Source of the DNA: Negaprion brevirostris | Lineage: Eukaryota | Direction: 5' to 3' | NCBI GenBank assembly: GCA_030324005.1 | Contig: JARDVH010000059.1 | Coordinates: 112,316,082 to 112,380,081, forward strand | Length of the DNA stretch: 64,000 bases | Shown: in pieces, positions 25,091 through 38,817 of the stretch | How the letters are laid out: each line of letters opens with the position of its first letter | Position numbering within the stretch: the first letter of the stretch is position 1 | The notes under the pieces: model-generated | Databases searched by the model: none | What the model was told of the DNA's origin: nothing | The model's input: only the letters and a program-made list of their open reading frames with translations | Position numbers and translations under genes: made by a program

Positions 25091-26219
25091 TCCATAAATG
25101 CCTTGTAACAGTTAACGAAGGTTAATTTAAAGGCAGTGGTGGAAATATATACATATAAATAAAACATTTGAGGAAGAGAAAAATAATTGTAGCACGCAGC
25201 ATAAGTTAGAATTCAGTTGCACATGAAACAACTGGAGGCAGAAACGTGAGAATAAAATGAGAGAACTTGCATTTGGAGTTGAAGTTCAAAAGCTTAAATT
25301 AAAATTCCAAAGGGAATAAGAGAGTTTCAAAGAGTAAAAGAGCAGAAAATCCTTGTGTTTCAAAGAAAAAGATAAAACAAAGAAGTAGGTTCAATTTCAG
25401 AGAAAAGGAAGGGCAATCTTGACCAAGAAGAGCTTAAATTATACATGTCAGGAAGGCTGGGAAATGTAATACAACTTTAGGATTTGCAATAGAAAATGAA
25501 AAATGAGGAAAAAAAGCTCATCTATGATTGTGAGTTAGCTCAAAACTCCAATAAATATTTGAGCAGGGAAGCACAAATTTACTTGTACTTTTAAGTAAAT
25601 GATCAATTAGTAGTATGACAACTGTTGAGGCCCTAAAATATTTTACTTTTTAATCTTGTTTAAATGTGATCTATGCTTGCAGTAATTTTTCTATGAGAGC
25701 AAACTGCTGTTGAGCAGCAGTGCTTTGTAATGACATCAACTATTCACTATTTCCCCCATACTACTTGGACAATACAATGAGTTATCCATTTGTTAGATTT
25801 ATTTGTTAGATTGGTCTACATATTTCATTAAGACAAAAAGGACAAGAGACAGATTTTAGCTCATAAGGCCACTGACAAAGACTGGGTAGGTTGTTGAAAT
25901 GAGAAAATGATGTTGGAAAATCCCCATTGTAAGCATCAATTAATGACTAATAGACCAGTAGACTAATTCTTTAAGAAATTAACTAATTTAAAGTTTTCCT
26001 TTGCTACCCCAGTTTGTGTAACAGAAACCCTGAAATGTTTTGCAGTTGACCATGTGTATATTTATCTAAAACACAGCAATCCAAGCGGCCAAGAGTAACT
26101 TCTTCATTATCTGAATTTCTTCACTTAAAATTCCAATGTCAACTGAGAGTTTGAGCTCAACATGTAAAGTATTAATTTCATTTGTACAAGATTGACTTTT
26201 CCATATTTATTATTTGCAG

Positions 26220-26279
26220 ACGCTGTTACGAATTTTTAGATTTGTTGTTGCAAGAATGGCAAACGCATTCCTTGGAAAG
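26220..26279 (+). CDS. CLASP2: CLASP2 exon (RCYEFLDLLLQEWQTHSLER)
   Basis: Acceptor tgcag|, donor |gtaagt; 60 nt, phase 2-2. Confidence 0.96.
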
Positions 26280-26409
26280 GTAAGTTCAGAAATAATTCAA
26301 ATGAAGGGGGAATCTGTTTATTCAAAAAGTTTGTGGGAGGAATAAGAAGTTGGTTATTAATGAAAGTGATGCTTGTTAACCCCATTTGAGTAAATTATTT
26401 TTTTTCAAA

Positions 26410-26705
26410 GCTGATTCCCAGGGTGGAAGAGTTAATTACTAGGGGGCATAGGTTTAAGGTGCGAGGGGCAAAGTTTAAAGGAGATGTACTCAGCAGATTT
26501 TGTACACAGAGCAGTGGGTGCCTAGAACTTGTTGCCGGGAGAGGAAGCTTTTAAGGGGCGTCTTGGTGAGTACATGAATAGGATGGGAATGGAGGGATAT
26601 GGTCCTCGAAGGGCAGGGGATTTTAGTTAAGTCGGGCAGCAAGGTCGGTGCAAGCTTTTGGGGAGGGAGGGTCTGTTCCTGTGCTGCAAGTTTTCTTCGT
26701 TCTTT
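26410..26705 (+). mobile_element. CR1 3' end
   Basis: actagggggcataggtttaaggtgcgaggggcaaagtttaaaggagatg plus 3' UTR. Confidence 0.8.
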
Positions 26706-26904
26706 GTATCATTTATTTGCAAACTTTTCATGATTATTATGAAGCATTACAACTCTTAAATCATGTGGAAAATAGATGTGCTAAATATTTGAAGAAAATT
26801 TCAAGTTGATATTCTTGCACCTCTATATAGAGAGTAAAGCTACATATAAACCTTATAGTGCTTACTTTTTGTAAGAATATTTTTACTGGGTGTAAACTTC
26901 AGTA

Positions 26905-29170
26905 GCAGGGTCAGCATTTATTATGTATCCCTAATTCTCCTTGAGAATATGATAAGCCAACATTTTGGATTGCTGAAACCCGTCTTGCGAAAGAATGTAC
27001 ACCCACAGTGCTGTTGACAGTGAAGGAGCAGCAATGTATTTATCAAGATGGTGCGTTAACTGTCTGTGTAACTCTTTATCCTTCTCGGTGGAGGTCACAA
27101 GTTTAGGTGCTACAAAGGAGGCTTTGTTGCAATGCACATTACAGAAGGTGCACAGTACAGCCATGATGATCGGAGTAACATTTAAATTGACTGGAATACC
27201 AATCAAGCAGACTGCTTTGGCCCTGTATAGTGTTGAATTTCAGCATTGTTGGAGCTATAGTCATCCAGGCTAGCAGAGAATATTCCTTCAGACTCCTGGC
27301 AATTTGTCAGTGATGGAAAGGCCTTTTCAGTCATGAGGAGATGAATCATTCACAGCAGAACACTCAGTGTCTGACCTGCTTTTGTAGACATAATATCTCC
27401 ATGGCTGGTCCAGTTAAGCTTCTGGTCAGTGGATCCCTCAGGATATTGATGGTGAGGAATTTGACAGTGGGTAATGCTGTTGAATGTATAGAGGAGGTGG
27501 TTCAACTCTCTATTGTTGATGAAAGGCATTGCCACTCTTGTGGCTTGTGTGTTACTTATTAGCCCAAAACTGAATCCTCTTGCATTTGGGCTTGAACTGT
27601 TTCATTATGTGAGAACATGGCAATGATCAGCAAACCTTCCCTTTTCTGAGCTTATAATGGAAGGAAGGTGAAGATAGTTGGACCTTTGCACACTGCCCAA
27701 ACGAACATATGCGGTGACGTCCTGGGCAGAGATAATTGGTCTCCATCAACCACAGCCATCTTCCAATGTGCTAGACTTGACACCAACCACTGGAGAACTT
27801 TCCCTTGATTTTATTCACTTCAAATTTGAGGGCTGCTTGCTGCTAAGGGCAGTCACTATGACAACTAGATCTTTTGATCATGTTCATGGTTGGATCCCAG
27901 AAGTGATTCTGGGGAAATCCAAATTGCACCGATGAGCAGGTTAGTACAAACAGAACAGTAGAAAATTACAGCATAGAAAAAGGTCATTTGGTTCACCTTG
28001 TCCATTTGTCAAAAAGCCCAATTTCAGCTTTTACCCATAATCCCATAAATTATAGCTCCTCAAGTGAATATCCAAATGCCTCAAGGATTCCTGCCTCAAC
28101 CACTTTGTCAAGAAGTGACTTGACAGACGTTCTGGCCTGGACTTTCGCTCACTGGTTGGCCTCTTCAGGTTGGGGAAGTGCTGTTTGATTGCACTGTCAG
28201 TGACTCCTTTAGTAACTTCGATAGATTGTGGGAATGGCAATTATGAATTGATTGTAGTTATCCTGCTTTCTGTGGACAGGCATACCTGGGCAACTTTCTG
28301 CTTTTGTTAAGTAGACGCTAATGTTATAGCCATAGAGGGGTAGCTTGGCTAAGAGTGTGTAGCCTTCTGGGGCATCAAGTCTTCACTAGAGGCTGGATCT
28401 TGTCAGGGCCCATAGTTTTGCAGTATCCAGTGCACACAGCCATTTCTTGATATCACATGGAGTGAATCAATTTGGTTGAAGACTGTCTTCTGTGATGGTG
28501 GGGATCTTGAGAAGATGGATCACCTTAACACTTCGGGCTAAGGATATTTGCAGACACTTTAACATAATTCTTTTGCAGTAACGTGCTGTGTGTGGCCATC
28601 ATTAAGGATGAGGATGTTTGTGACTCCTGTTCCTCCTGTTGTTTAATTGTTTACCAATTAGATTCAATCCAAGATTCACAATAGGATGTCACATAAGTCT
28701 GCTGTGGGTTATGGAATCAATTCACTCTGCTGACAACATGTTGATTCTACTGTTTAGCATGCCTGTAGTCCTATGTTATAGCTTCACCAGATTTGCACCT
28801 CATTTTTAGGTACGCCTCATGCCACAGGCACTCCACATTGAAGCAGTGTTATTCATTTACCTTGATGATAATAGAATGAGAGGGATGTGCCAGGTCATGA
28901 AGTTTACAAATATAATGGAATATAATTCTGCTGCTGATGGCCTTCTGGGCACCTCATGGATGTCCAGTTTTGAGCTGCAAGATTTGATCTGAATCTCTCC
29001 CATTTAGCAAGGTGCCACACAACATGATGGAAGATAGTGCGAGAACAGGACTTCATCTTCACCAGAACTCTGCAATGATCAGTGCTTCCAGTACTGTTAT
29101 GAGCAGTTGCATTTCCAATAGTTTGTTGAGGTTGATGTCACTTGTTTTTTTTTGTCTTGGGTCTCTCTCC
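26905..29170 (-). mobile_element. Old L2/CR1-group LINE (family sharing the Deu-SINE tail), fragmented
   Basis: Begins with the reverse complement of the gggatacataataaatgctg tail. Long decayed RT-like antisense sequence, homologous to 57458-58275. Confidence 0.65.
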
Positions 29171-29689
29171 ACCTTTTGCAAGTCTGAAAGCGCCTCTTGG
29201 TCATGGGGCATTGAANNNNNNNNNNAGAGTTCATTCTGTGCTCTGTTAGTGCACTGGCATTTGTAAACACCTTTAAATAGAAGTCAAATTTGTGGCAATT
29301 TTATGTAACCAAGTTGTATTTTATAAATAAGAATAAGTATAGATCATAGTTGCATCCTCATTGTTGCATATAAAGTTCACCTCAAAAGTGAAATTAAACC
29401 TTTTTTTGCAATTTGTTATAAACAAAACTTCCAAATCTCACTTCGCTACTGTATAATATCACTGCTCCCTTAGTTTGTTTTGTACTAATTTATTGAATGA
29501 TGTAATCAGTTGATTAACTAATGCAGGAAACTTGGCTTACGTTTTACTACAGCTTCCAGTTGGTTAAAACAGNNNNNNNNNNNNNNNNNNNNNNNNNNNN
29601 NNNNNNNNNNNNNNNNNNNNNNNNNNNNNNNNNNNNNNNNNNNNNNNNNNNNNNNNNNNNNNNNNNNNNNNNNNNNNNNNNNNNNNNNN

Positions 29690-29767
29690 NNNNNNNNNNN
29701 NNNNNNNNNNNNNNNNNNNNNNNNNNNNNNNNNNNNNNNNNNNNNNNNNNNNNNNNNNNNNTAGAAA
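29690..29767 (+). CDS. CLASP2: CLASP2 exon mostly hidden in N gap (expected HAAVLVETIKKGIHDADAEARVEARK-like)
   Basis: Only the last 6 nt (t aga aa) and donor gtatgg are visible after gap 29573-29761. AA plus the first A of the next exon restores Lys. The start coordinate is inferred from a 78-nt orthologous exon length and is not observed. Confidence 0.7.
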
Positions 29768-29984
29768 GTATGGAATTAATACAGAGCTTTTCATACTTTT
29801 AAAATACATTAACTCTGCTGCAGATTAGCATTGACTTTATATTGAATTAAATGGCAACAGTTTGTAGATATATAATGCCCAGAAGATGAATAATGAGCTG
29901 TAATTGTAACCTACATATTTTAATAAGTATCAGCCTACTTAATAAACTGCAATTTTGCCCTTTGAACACAATAAATGGTGTCGT

Positions 29985-30527
29985 GCACAGTTTTGATCCT
30001 CTTATTTGGAAAAGGATGTAGTGTCATTGGAGGCAGTTCAGAGGAAGTTCACTAGATTGATTCCAGAGATGAGGGGTTTGTTGTATGAAGAAAGATTGAA
30101 CAGTTTAGGCCTATACTGTCTGGAATTTAGAAGAATGAGGGGAGATCAAATTGAGGTATTCAAGATGATAAAAGCTATGGATAGCATAGACGTGGAACTG
30201 ATGCTTCTGCTGATGGGGCATTCTAGGACAAGAGGACAAGTCTTAGGATAAGGGGTAGCGAATTTAAAACAGAGTTGAGGAGAAATTACTTCTGCCAAAG
30301 GGATGTAAATCTGGAATTTGCTACCCCAAAGTAAGGTGGATGCTGGGACAATGAATAAATCTAAGGAGGAGTTAGACAGATTTTTAATTGGTAATGGGTT
30401 GAAACATTATGGGGAGAATGCAGAAAAATGGTGATGAGGAGCATATCAGCGATGATCGAATGGTGGAGTGGACCCGATGGGCCACATGGGCTAATTTTGC
30501 TCCTGTATCTTACGAATTTATGAACTA
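29985..30527 (+). mobile_element. CR1 LINE 3' end
   Basis: ORF 30006..30251 EKDVVSLEAVQRKFTRLIPEMRGLLYEERLNSLGLYCLEFRRMRGD. Confidence 0.92.
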
Positions 30528-31248
30528 TCAACCCCATACTAAAACAATGCTCTCATACTAAGAAAAAACATGCAGTATACTAGTTCTAAATGACACAAAA
30601 CTGAAGACTTCAGCTTTTACCCACCTATACTGAGATAGTTAGTTTCATTCAGGCAATAGTTAGGATCGTAAAATTAGCGTCAGTTCTGAGTTTGAGGAAG
30701 AAAATTCAGCCAGGATTTCATCATCCAGTGTTATCCCTGCTTAAAGGAACGGCTTAAAGATACTAATGTTTGTTTCTCGAAAACAATGTTTGGCTCAGCC
30801 AAGCTTTCTCACCATAAACAAACAGCTTATTAACAGTTACCTTGATTCATGGATTAAAATAGTAACTTGAGTGAAGTACCACAGAGCTGCTAGTGCCTAT
30901 GTAACCATACTTAAATTAGTTACATCTTGAGAACAAAAGAAATGGGAAAGAGGATGTATTGGTTTTTCTGCATGATTTTCAGTGAATTGCACTTCTTAAT
31001 TGCCATCAAAACTTGAAATTGTCAATGTTTTATTTACTCAATATTTAGGAATCATTGGCTTGAGCAATAAATAGTAAGGAATTTGAATTTATTTACTTTA
31101 TTGCTTTTCTATTGCTGCATAGTTTTTTTCATATTTGACTTGGGATGTTTTCCCAGAAATTAATTAGGTAGAGGCTAACTAATAACAGATGAGTACTTAA
31201 TGTTCCTGTCCAATACTAAAACTTGTGATGTTTTATTTTTCTGCATAG

Positions 31249-31416
31249 AACTTACTGGAGTCTTCGAAATCACTTTCCTGCCGAAGCTGATGCATTATAC
31301 AACTCCCTGGAACCTTCCTATCAAAAAAGTTTTCAGGCACATCTAAAGAGTTCCAGTAGTGCTGCATCTCTCCCTCATTCAGATCGGTCCTCTTCCAGCT
31401 CACAAGAGAGCCTTAA
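31249..31416 (+). CDS. CLASP2: CLASP2 exon (TYWSLRNHFPAEADALYNSLEPSYQKSFQAHLKSSSSAASLPHSDRSSSSSQESLN)
   Basis: Acceptor catag|, donor |gtatga; 168 nt, phase 2-2. End of TOG2. Confidence 0.96.
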
Positions 31417-33740
31417 GTATGAAAAGATTATTTTTAAAGCTCTTATCCTGAAAGAAAATTGCTGCATAGCTCTTGAATTATATATAGAGTCAACGTTTTC
31501 TCCCAACAGATTAAGTTGTCTAAAAATTATGAGTAAAGATCACAAATTGAGCATATTATGAGTCTGTAATTATGTTTTGTATTTCTTGGAAAGTATAGTC
31601 AGTTGGACTTTGACACCGATTGGCTCAAATTGTATTGTACATAGAACTCCAGTAATGAGGAAAAATTGTGACTATGATCAAAACAAAAATTTGTCATTAT
31701 GGCCACTTTAAAGACTCATTGGTGGATGCAAAAACTGAAATAGAGTATGCCATTCCTCCCGTATTAATTCATTTACAGCACTACAAATTATAGGTCTTTA
31801 ATACTTCAAAAATGCATGTTGCTGGATAATGGTATTCTATTTCAACTGTGATTGAGAATCTCTTCCTCCAGATTCTAAATTTTACACTGAACTACTTATT
31901 TTATCAGACTGCATATTAACATTTTGACCACAGATAGATTTGTCCTTTCAGGAATTTTGTAGTTCTAAGGCTGGGTGTATGTGCGTCAGTGTTGCCTTTT
32001 TTTACTCGATGTGAATAAACGTGTCCAGAATTTCTCCTCTAATCTTCTTAACCTGGACTTTTCATTGCCTGAAAATATAACCTTGGAACATGTTTACACC
32101 TCCATGAGAATTGGTGAGGAAGAAAAGTAAAAGGTTTAACTTTTTTTTTCTCGGTGGAGTAGAGAACAAACTTTTAAGAGGAAAATTATAGCTGAGTTTC
32201 TATTTGGGATAATGTTGCAAATGTACAGGGTAATGAGGTTCAAAATTATCACAAGTTCAGACGTATGGGAGCAAGATGGGGAAAATATAAGCTGTCAAAA
32301 TGTTACTTTTATTTGCTAAAATTACACTGAATATGTAAGACCAAATCCCGTTTTCAAACCAACAAATGCCATTGGACATGGATATTTGAATTAAGGAGTC
32401 GAGAGCTATAGGACGGTATGGTTAGGACGTTGAAGGGAGTGAAGAGGAGATGACACTAAATTATTTTAGCAGGAGAGGGAAATGGTGGAATAAAAACAAA
32501 AATGCTGGAAAACTCATCTGGTCAGGCAGCATATGTGGAGAGGAATAACTATCATTTGAGGTAGAGTGATCTTTTATCGGAACAGTGCTGAATTTTTATA
32601 GCAGTTTTTGCTTTTATTTTGAATTTCCAGCATCTGCCATATTTTGCTTTTGTATTGAGGGGGCTGATGAGTGGAATTCAGAGAAGTACTGCATTTGGAT
32701 AGGGTTGTGCTGTTTGGAGAAGTGCTGCACTAAGAATGGAAATTGATATTTACTGGGAAAATAACAGGAGTAAGAACGTTAGGTAAAATGCTGAAGTGGC
32801 AAGATGGTGGGTGATGAGGGTAATTGGGACTGAGAAGGTCCAGTTTCTTGAAAAATTAAGAAGTTTTGATAATTCACATTTATCCAAGTTTCAAATTTTT
32901 TTCTTTGCAAATACCCCAAGCCCCACACCATGCTGAATTGAACTCCCTTCCTAAGAACACGAAGGGTATGCCCACACCAAATGAGCTTTAGCAGTTCAAG
33001 AAGGCAGCTCACTACTACCTTCTCAAGGCCAGTTAAGAATGGACAACAAATGTTATGTCTTGCTAGAGACACAGGCATATACCATAATCCCTTCATCCCA
33101 GGAATCAAACGAGTGAGTCTTCTCCGATATGCATTTAGTGCAGTTATATCCATAAGTAAGGACATCAAAAGAGAACACAGTACTCCAAGTTAAGGCCAGG
33201 ATTCACCACTAGCCTCGATTGGGAAATCCGATGGACTGATGAATCAGGCGTTGGGGCTAAAATGGGAATCGTCGGACCACCCAGAGCAGACAGGAACCTA
33301 ATTGATATACAAAATGACGCAGTTAAATGCCATTTGTAATCAACAAATGTCGCTACCATACATTTGGACCCTTCATCCAAATCATTGATACAAATTGGAA
33401 ATAGTCAAAGCTTCAGCACTGATCCCTGTGACACTCACTAATTACAGTTTGCCAACCCAGAATGACACTCTTATCTCTGCCATCTGCATTCTGTTAGCTA
33501 ACCAATCCTCTTTCCATGATGGGGCTGAGAGTCAATGGGATCGAAGGATCAAAAAATCATACAATGCTAATTAAGTCAAAAATGGAGGCCACAAGATATG
33601 GTTAACTAAGGGAAATTACTCTGGGTTTATGTTTCAAAATGTTTAAGAAAATAATGTATTATGAGATGAAGGAGACATGTGGCAGTGTTGATTTGTATTC
33701 CCTGTCTGGGTTGATGCAAGCTATTTTTATTTCTTTCCAG

Positions 33741-33790
33741 TCGTGCCTTTCCTGCTAAATGGTCAGTTGCAAGTGGAGGTGCATCAAGAG
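33741..33790 (+). CDS. CLASP2: CLASP2 exon (RAFPAKWSVASGGASR)
   Basis: Acceptor ttccag|, donor |gttagt; 50 nt, phase 2-1. Aligns to recalled human RPFSSKWSTA. Confidence 0.92.
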
Positions 33791-34739
33791 GTTAGTCTTG
33801 CATTTAAAAATTAAGAAATATGTTTGTGAAATACAGGTTGTGAACAGTTTTGAATCCCAAGGCTTGTCATTTTATTGATCTCTTGCATCCTTGGTTGGAT
33901 ACAGAGACATTTTGGTGTTAACTTAAAACATTTGTTAAGTTTGCTTTGCTGATCCATATTACTGTACTTCATGTATCTGTAATATCTTCTATTAATTTGC
34001 ACTTGTGGAAATAAACTGAACTTCCAGTGGCTTATAAAGGTAACTTTTTTTCACTATCTTCCTTTGTATTAAGCACTGCTTTCGCTTCTAATTTGTCCCT
34101 TTATTTGTCCAACTGACTTTTCTCTCGCTGTTTCTCTGTNNNNNNNTTTTTGTACTGTTCTGATGTGTGTTTTCTATTCCTGTCCTTGTTACCTGGCTCA
34201 TTTCAACTCTTCTATTTAAAATGGCTTTGGACTTGATGCTCCATTTCTTAGTTTTGGTCCATGGCCCATAGACCAATTTATCAATGCACACCAATCCACT
34301 TTGCTTTCACTGTTGTTTCCCTCGCAGCTCTTGTAGAATAAAGTACATTTGTTCTTTAGTTATTAAATTCCTTGTAAACTACAAGATGCTTTCAAAATAT
34401 GCTCATTTATATGGAATAATTTTAAGTTAACTTAGTTATAGCAAGTTAAATTATGTTAACCCAAGTCCTGCAGGACAATTTTATGTGTGATCGCAAAAAA
34501 CAATGCTCTTATTTTAAATTCAACCTGCTTAGGTTCACTATTATTTTGAAATTGATATTTGTGTTGAAAAAAGTGATTTAAAAGTGAAGATTATTTCTCT
34601 GTAGCAAAGTTTGGCATTGCTCTGCTTTCTTGTAACAGGTGTGCATTGGACCTGACACCCTCTGCATTGCTGCCTCTGTCCCAAGTTATCTGAATATTTG
34701 GGTCAGAAATAAAATATATATTTTGGGGGGGTGGGGGGG

Positions 34740-37700
34740 GCAGTGGTCACATGATGTAAGCGTGGACGTGTCTGCTTTTTCACAAATTCTGGCACTACTC
34801 TCCTTTTAATACATTTTTTAAAAAATGCTGATGTACAGCCCATAATTATTTGATCCTAATGTGTATAATCTGTATAATATTCCTGGAAGAATCTGGCTAA
34901 ATTTTGGTGACAGGAAGCGGAGTTACATCAAGAAAACTCACGTTTGATTGTGACGGCCATGGTGGGGCCCAGTTCTCAGTGGCAGTTTTGCTGATGAGTG
35001 GGCCTGTGCTTGAGCGGTGCCATAGGCATCGTGATGAATGCTGCCATTGTGAGTGAAGTTGTGAATGACTGTTATTTGGTACTTGCATTCATGAACTGAG
35101 ATATCCTAACCAGAATGGATGCAATGGAGAAGAGAATCCCATCAGTCACGAGGGCAGTTTCCTTGGTGCGGGCTCACGTTCAGTTCCTGGAAATCAGTGA
35201 TGCATGGTTTGTCGTACATCTAGGTTGATTTGAGCGGATGGGACTCAGAAAGGAATGTGTATGTGCCCAGCCTCCCAAGGAGAGCTGGAGATGGATTCCT
35301 AGCTGAATTTGGGATCTGGCTGCCGTGCTAGCACAATCTCAATTCAAAGGCTGGACATTTCGAGTTCGATGGAGCATATTGTATCTAGTCTTGAGGCCTG
35401 GGGTCATCAAAGACTCTGAACGCTGGTCTCCTATTGCCTTGTACTTGGTGTTCATTAAGAAGGGTTAGAGGCAGTCAGACATGACAGATCTTCACCACAT
35501 ATTAAGGCCTAGGTTTCTCTTCACCATAGATTTGGGAGGTGCAAAAGCTTTGGTGAAACTTTGAATGGACACTGGATGTTGCTCAAGGATCCTGAGCGCT
35601 CTAGATGGTTAGATTATCTTGTAGTTTATCATTAATTCTGGTTTTTATTCCCCTGTGATTATAACCCTTATTTTGTGATCTTGTCTTTTATTCTAACAAG
35701 AATGTATGATATATGAGGTTGAGACATTTGTTGCCTGTTATCCTTTTACACTGTGAAAATCAGGATTTGCTTAGCCTGAACTGTGCCCCTGTTAAATCCT
35801 TGTGTTGATCCTGTGCTGTGTCCTTTTCACCCTGATGGAGCAATCCTTTAACCAAGCTCTGAGGCGAATTTTGCTGATTGTCCTTTTAGAGTCATATTCT
35901 TCTGTCTTTTCTTAATCCTTGAATGTATCCCTTGTAAATTAATCTCTTAATTGATCCTGTTGTGTGGTTTATCACATTGTTGGGGCAATAATAAGCATGG
36001 TAGTGAATTTTTGCTTGTTATCCTAATAGCTTAGTGAACCCTGTGACATCCATTTACAAGAGCCAGGAGATCCACCTTTTCTTTCATCTTTTTGTCTTAT
36101 AATTCTGGCAAATATAGTGGTGGACTTTTTCGCTTGATATCCATTATTATTGCAGTGATTAAAATGAGCAGCGCCATTGCAGGGAGGTGGGTAAGTGATT
36201 TAATATAGAGGTAGTGGGTAGGGCTCTACCAGTCTTCACAATTGGTGAGGATACACCCACCACCCTCCTAGAATTTACTGACTCATGTATTTATTGTATT
36301 TCAGCTATTTTGGAATTAAGGAATCATTGTTTGCTTCCTGTAAAAGGGTAGGCAGATCATGTATTCTGGAGAAGACCAGGTGTCTTTTTTGTCATTAGCA
36401 TCTTTGGTATCGTTGGCATGGGGAATGATGCACTGGTGCACTCCCAGACATGGTTGGTTGGCTAATCCTTCAATATCTAGCCTGGTTAGGTTGGTCTTCT
36501 ATTTTGTATTGGCTGCACAGGTAGTGACAGTGGTTACTTGATTACTTGACTCATGAAATATACAGTGAGCATATTATCCTGTTGTTTGGGTTTCTCTGAG
36601 GGGAAATGGATCGAATCTCGTTGGTAGTGAGGCCTAAACGGCGCCTTGGGTATTTAGGGACAGACATAGTTTGCTTTGTTCAATGTATAAGGACGTTGAG
36701 TATTTTTGGCTTGTGGCACTTTTTCTGATTATTCTAGAGCAAGTTGGGGCAGTAGTAGCTGTGTTCATCTGGATCAGGTATGTTAGGCAGGGGGAAGTAC
36801 GTTGCCCTCCTCGGAGATATCCCCATCTGGGGACTTCTGGACTGCTCTACTTGGAACTTGGTTTCCCTGGGGGTGTAGTCTCCTATTGGCTATAGGACTG
36901 ACTGCAAGTCTGGGTGCATTGTTAAGAGTCCTCCTTCAGTTGGAATACAAATTGGTTGGAGGGGTAGGTTGCTCTTCCAAGTGGTCTTACATGGAGACTT
37001 CCAGTCTGCCCACCTTTTTGAGGTTTGGGTCCTTGTGTGCATGTATGTTCGTTCCTTGGTGGAAAATGGTTTAAGTTTTCCAGTGACAGGGGGCCTCCTC
37101 TGATGTGGCTGGAGAGGAGGGAGCTTTGTTGTGTTGCAAGTCTATGCACGATGTATGAATCCTTAGTTGACAGGTTTCTGTACGTGAGAGTGTACATTAC
37201 CATGCCATGTCTTCGACTGATGGCAGCATCCTGATGTTCCCCCATTTCTCTGTTATCCTTTCATTGCTTGGAAGTCCTGGGCTGATGTATTGGGCCCTTG
37301 TTAGCTGCATGTTACCCCATAAAGTGTGCTATACATTGTGTAATTCTGACCCTGTTTGTCTGTGGAGGAAGGCATGGTGTGGATATGCCGGTGTTGGACT
37401 GGGGTAAACACAGTAAAAAGTCTGACAACACCAGGTTTAAGTCCAACCGATTTANNNNNNNNNNNNNNNNNNNNNNNNNNNNNNNNNNNNNNNNNNNNNN
37501 NNNNNNNNNNNNNNNNNNNNNNNNNNNNNNNNNNNNNNNNNNNNNNNNNNNNNNCTGACAACACCAGGTTTAAGTCCAACCGATTTATTTGATAGTAAAT
37601 TCACTAGCTTTCGAGGTTACCCTCTTCGTCAACTCTCCATTCACCTGACAAAGAGGGTCAGACTTTTTACCCAGGAAGGCATGGACCATGGGGCCATGTG

Positions 37701-37945
37701 CTTGTGGTTTTACCCTTTTATCCTGAGATTGCCCACTTTTTTGGTAGCCTTTCTTTATCTTATAAGAGATGCCAACTACAACAATTGCAGTGATTGATAA
37801 TTTGTACCATTTGTATGAATATTTGCTGGTCTTTTCTGTATTTTTATGTGAAATAGTCATTACTGTAATAGATTTTGGAGATTTGTGGCATTTTGAGTAA
37901 AATGTAGAATTGAAAACTTTCAAGAAAAGCAATCAAAAAAAATCA
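34740..37945 (+). mobile_element. Probable highly decayed L1/Tx1-like LINE
   Basis: About 3 kb without CR1 or SINE signatures, with decayed coding-like segments and an A-rich 3' end. No intact motif, so the family call is weak. Confidence 0.35.
37378..37672. mobile_element. Penelope-derived tandem/inverted pLTR insertion with 12-bp TSD
   Basis: aggaaggcatgg duplicated at 37366-37377 and 37673-37684. Hammerhead remnant ugacga-a-gagg-guaa-ccuc-gaaa-gcua-guga on - (37601-37631) abuts an inverted partial copy. Confidence 0.82.
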
Positions 37946-38817
37946 TCAGGAATGTATAAAAATGAATATTTCCTCATCATTCCACGTCATATATTGCTAA
38001 GCAGTGAATAAAAGATTCCAGTTTTTCTGTAGGCTAGATTAGATTTCAAACGGAATGTCCAAATATATTTATTAAGCTTTTCCAGCAGCCTAAGATGGTG
38101 ACACAGGCAACAGATCCTATGACTTATGAAGAGCAATAGGCCACTCATCCCCTCAACCCTATTCGGTCATCTAATTTAATAAAGGCTGATGCATACCCTA
38201 ATTCCATGTAACTTCCTTGGTTCCATAACCCTTAGTATCCCTGCCAAACAAAATCTATCTCAATTTTGAGATTTTCAATTAAGTTAGCCTCAATAATTTT
38301 TAGGGTAGAGAGTTCCACATTTCCACTTTGCATTAAGAAGTGATTCCTGACATCATTTCTCGCCCCCCCCCCCCACTCCTCTTCCTCCCACTCCTCCTCC
38401 GCCTCCGCATCCGCATCCACGCACCCCGAGTTAATTGGCACTAATTTAAAGATATGCTCCTCCACCAGAGGAAATAGTTTCTCTCTAGCTAGTTCATCAA
38501 AACATTTAACCATGAGCTAATTTCATTGAAGTTAAATTTTAATTGCTATATTGAAAAGGAAGCTAAAGGATTGCATTTTAAACCTATGCAATCTGTCATA
38601 CCTTTGATTCATTTAGCCCTTGTGCATCTGTGACGCAGCTCATCCAGAGCCAGCATAACTTTACTGAGATGCAGTACACAATACAATTAGAGTATAACTT
38701 CCACTTCTTGTATCCCAGACCTTTTGAGATTTTAAAATAACACATTCTATTAGTCTTTTTAATTTTTGGATCTGTCCATTAGCTTTTAGTTAATACTACA
38801 TTTTGAATGTTAGATCT

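Noticed and set aside
37422-37590. CRISPR-like direct repeats
   Set aside because: Two copies of a Penelope pLTR segment around an N gap in eukaryotic DNA; no spacers and no cas genes.
38232-38513. Acidic ORF (DADAEAEEEWEEEEW) as the missing DADAEAR exon
   Set aside because: Wrong strand and position. It is the translation of a low-complexity tract inside a CR1 fragment.
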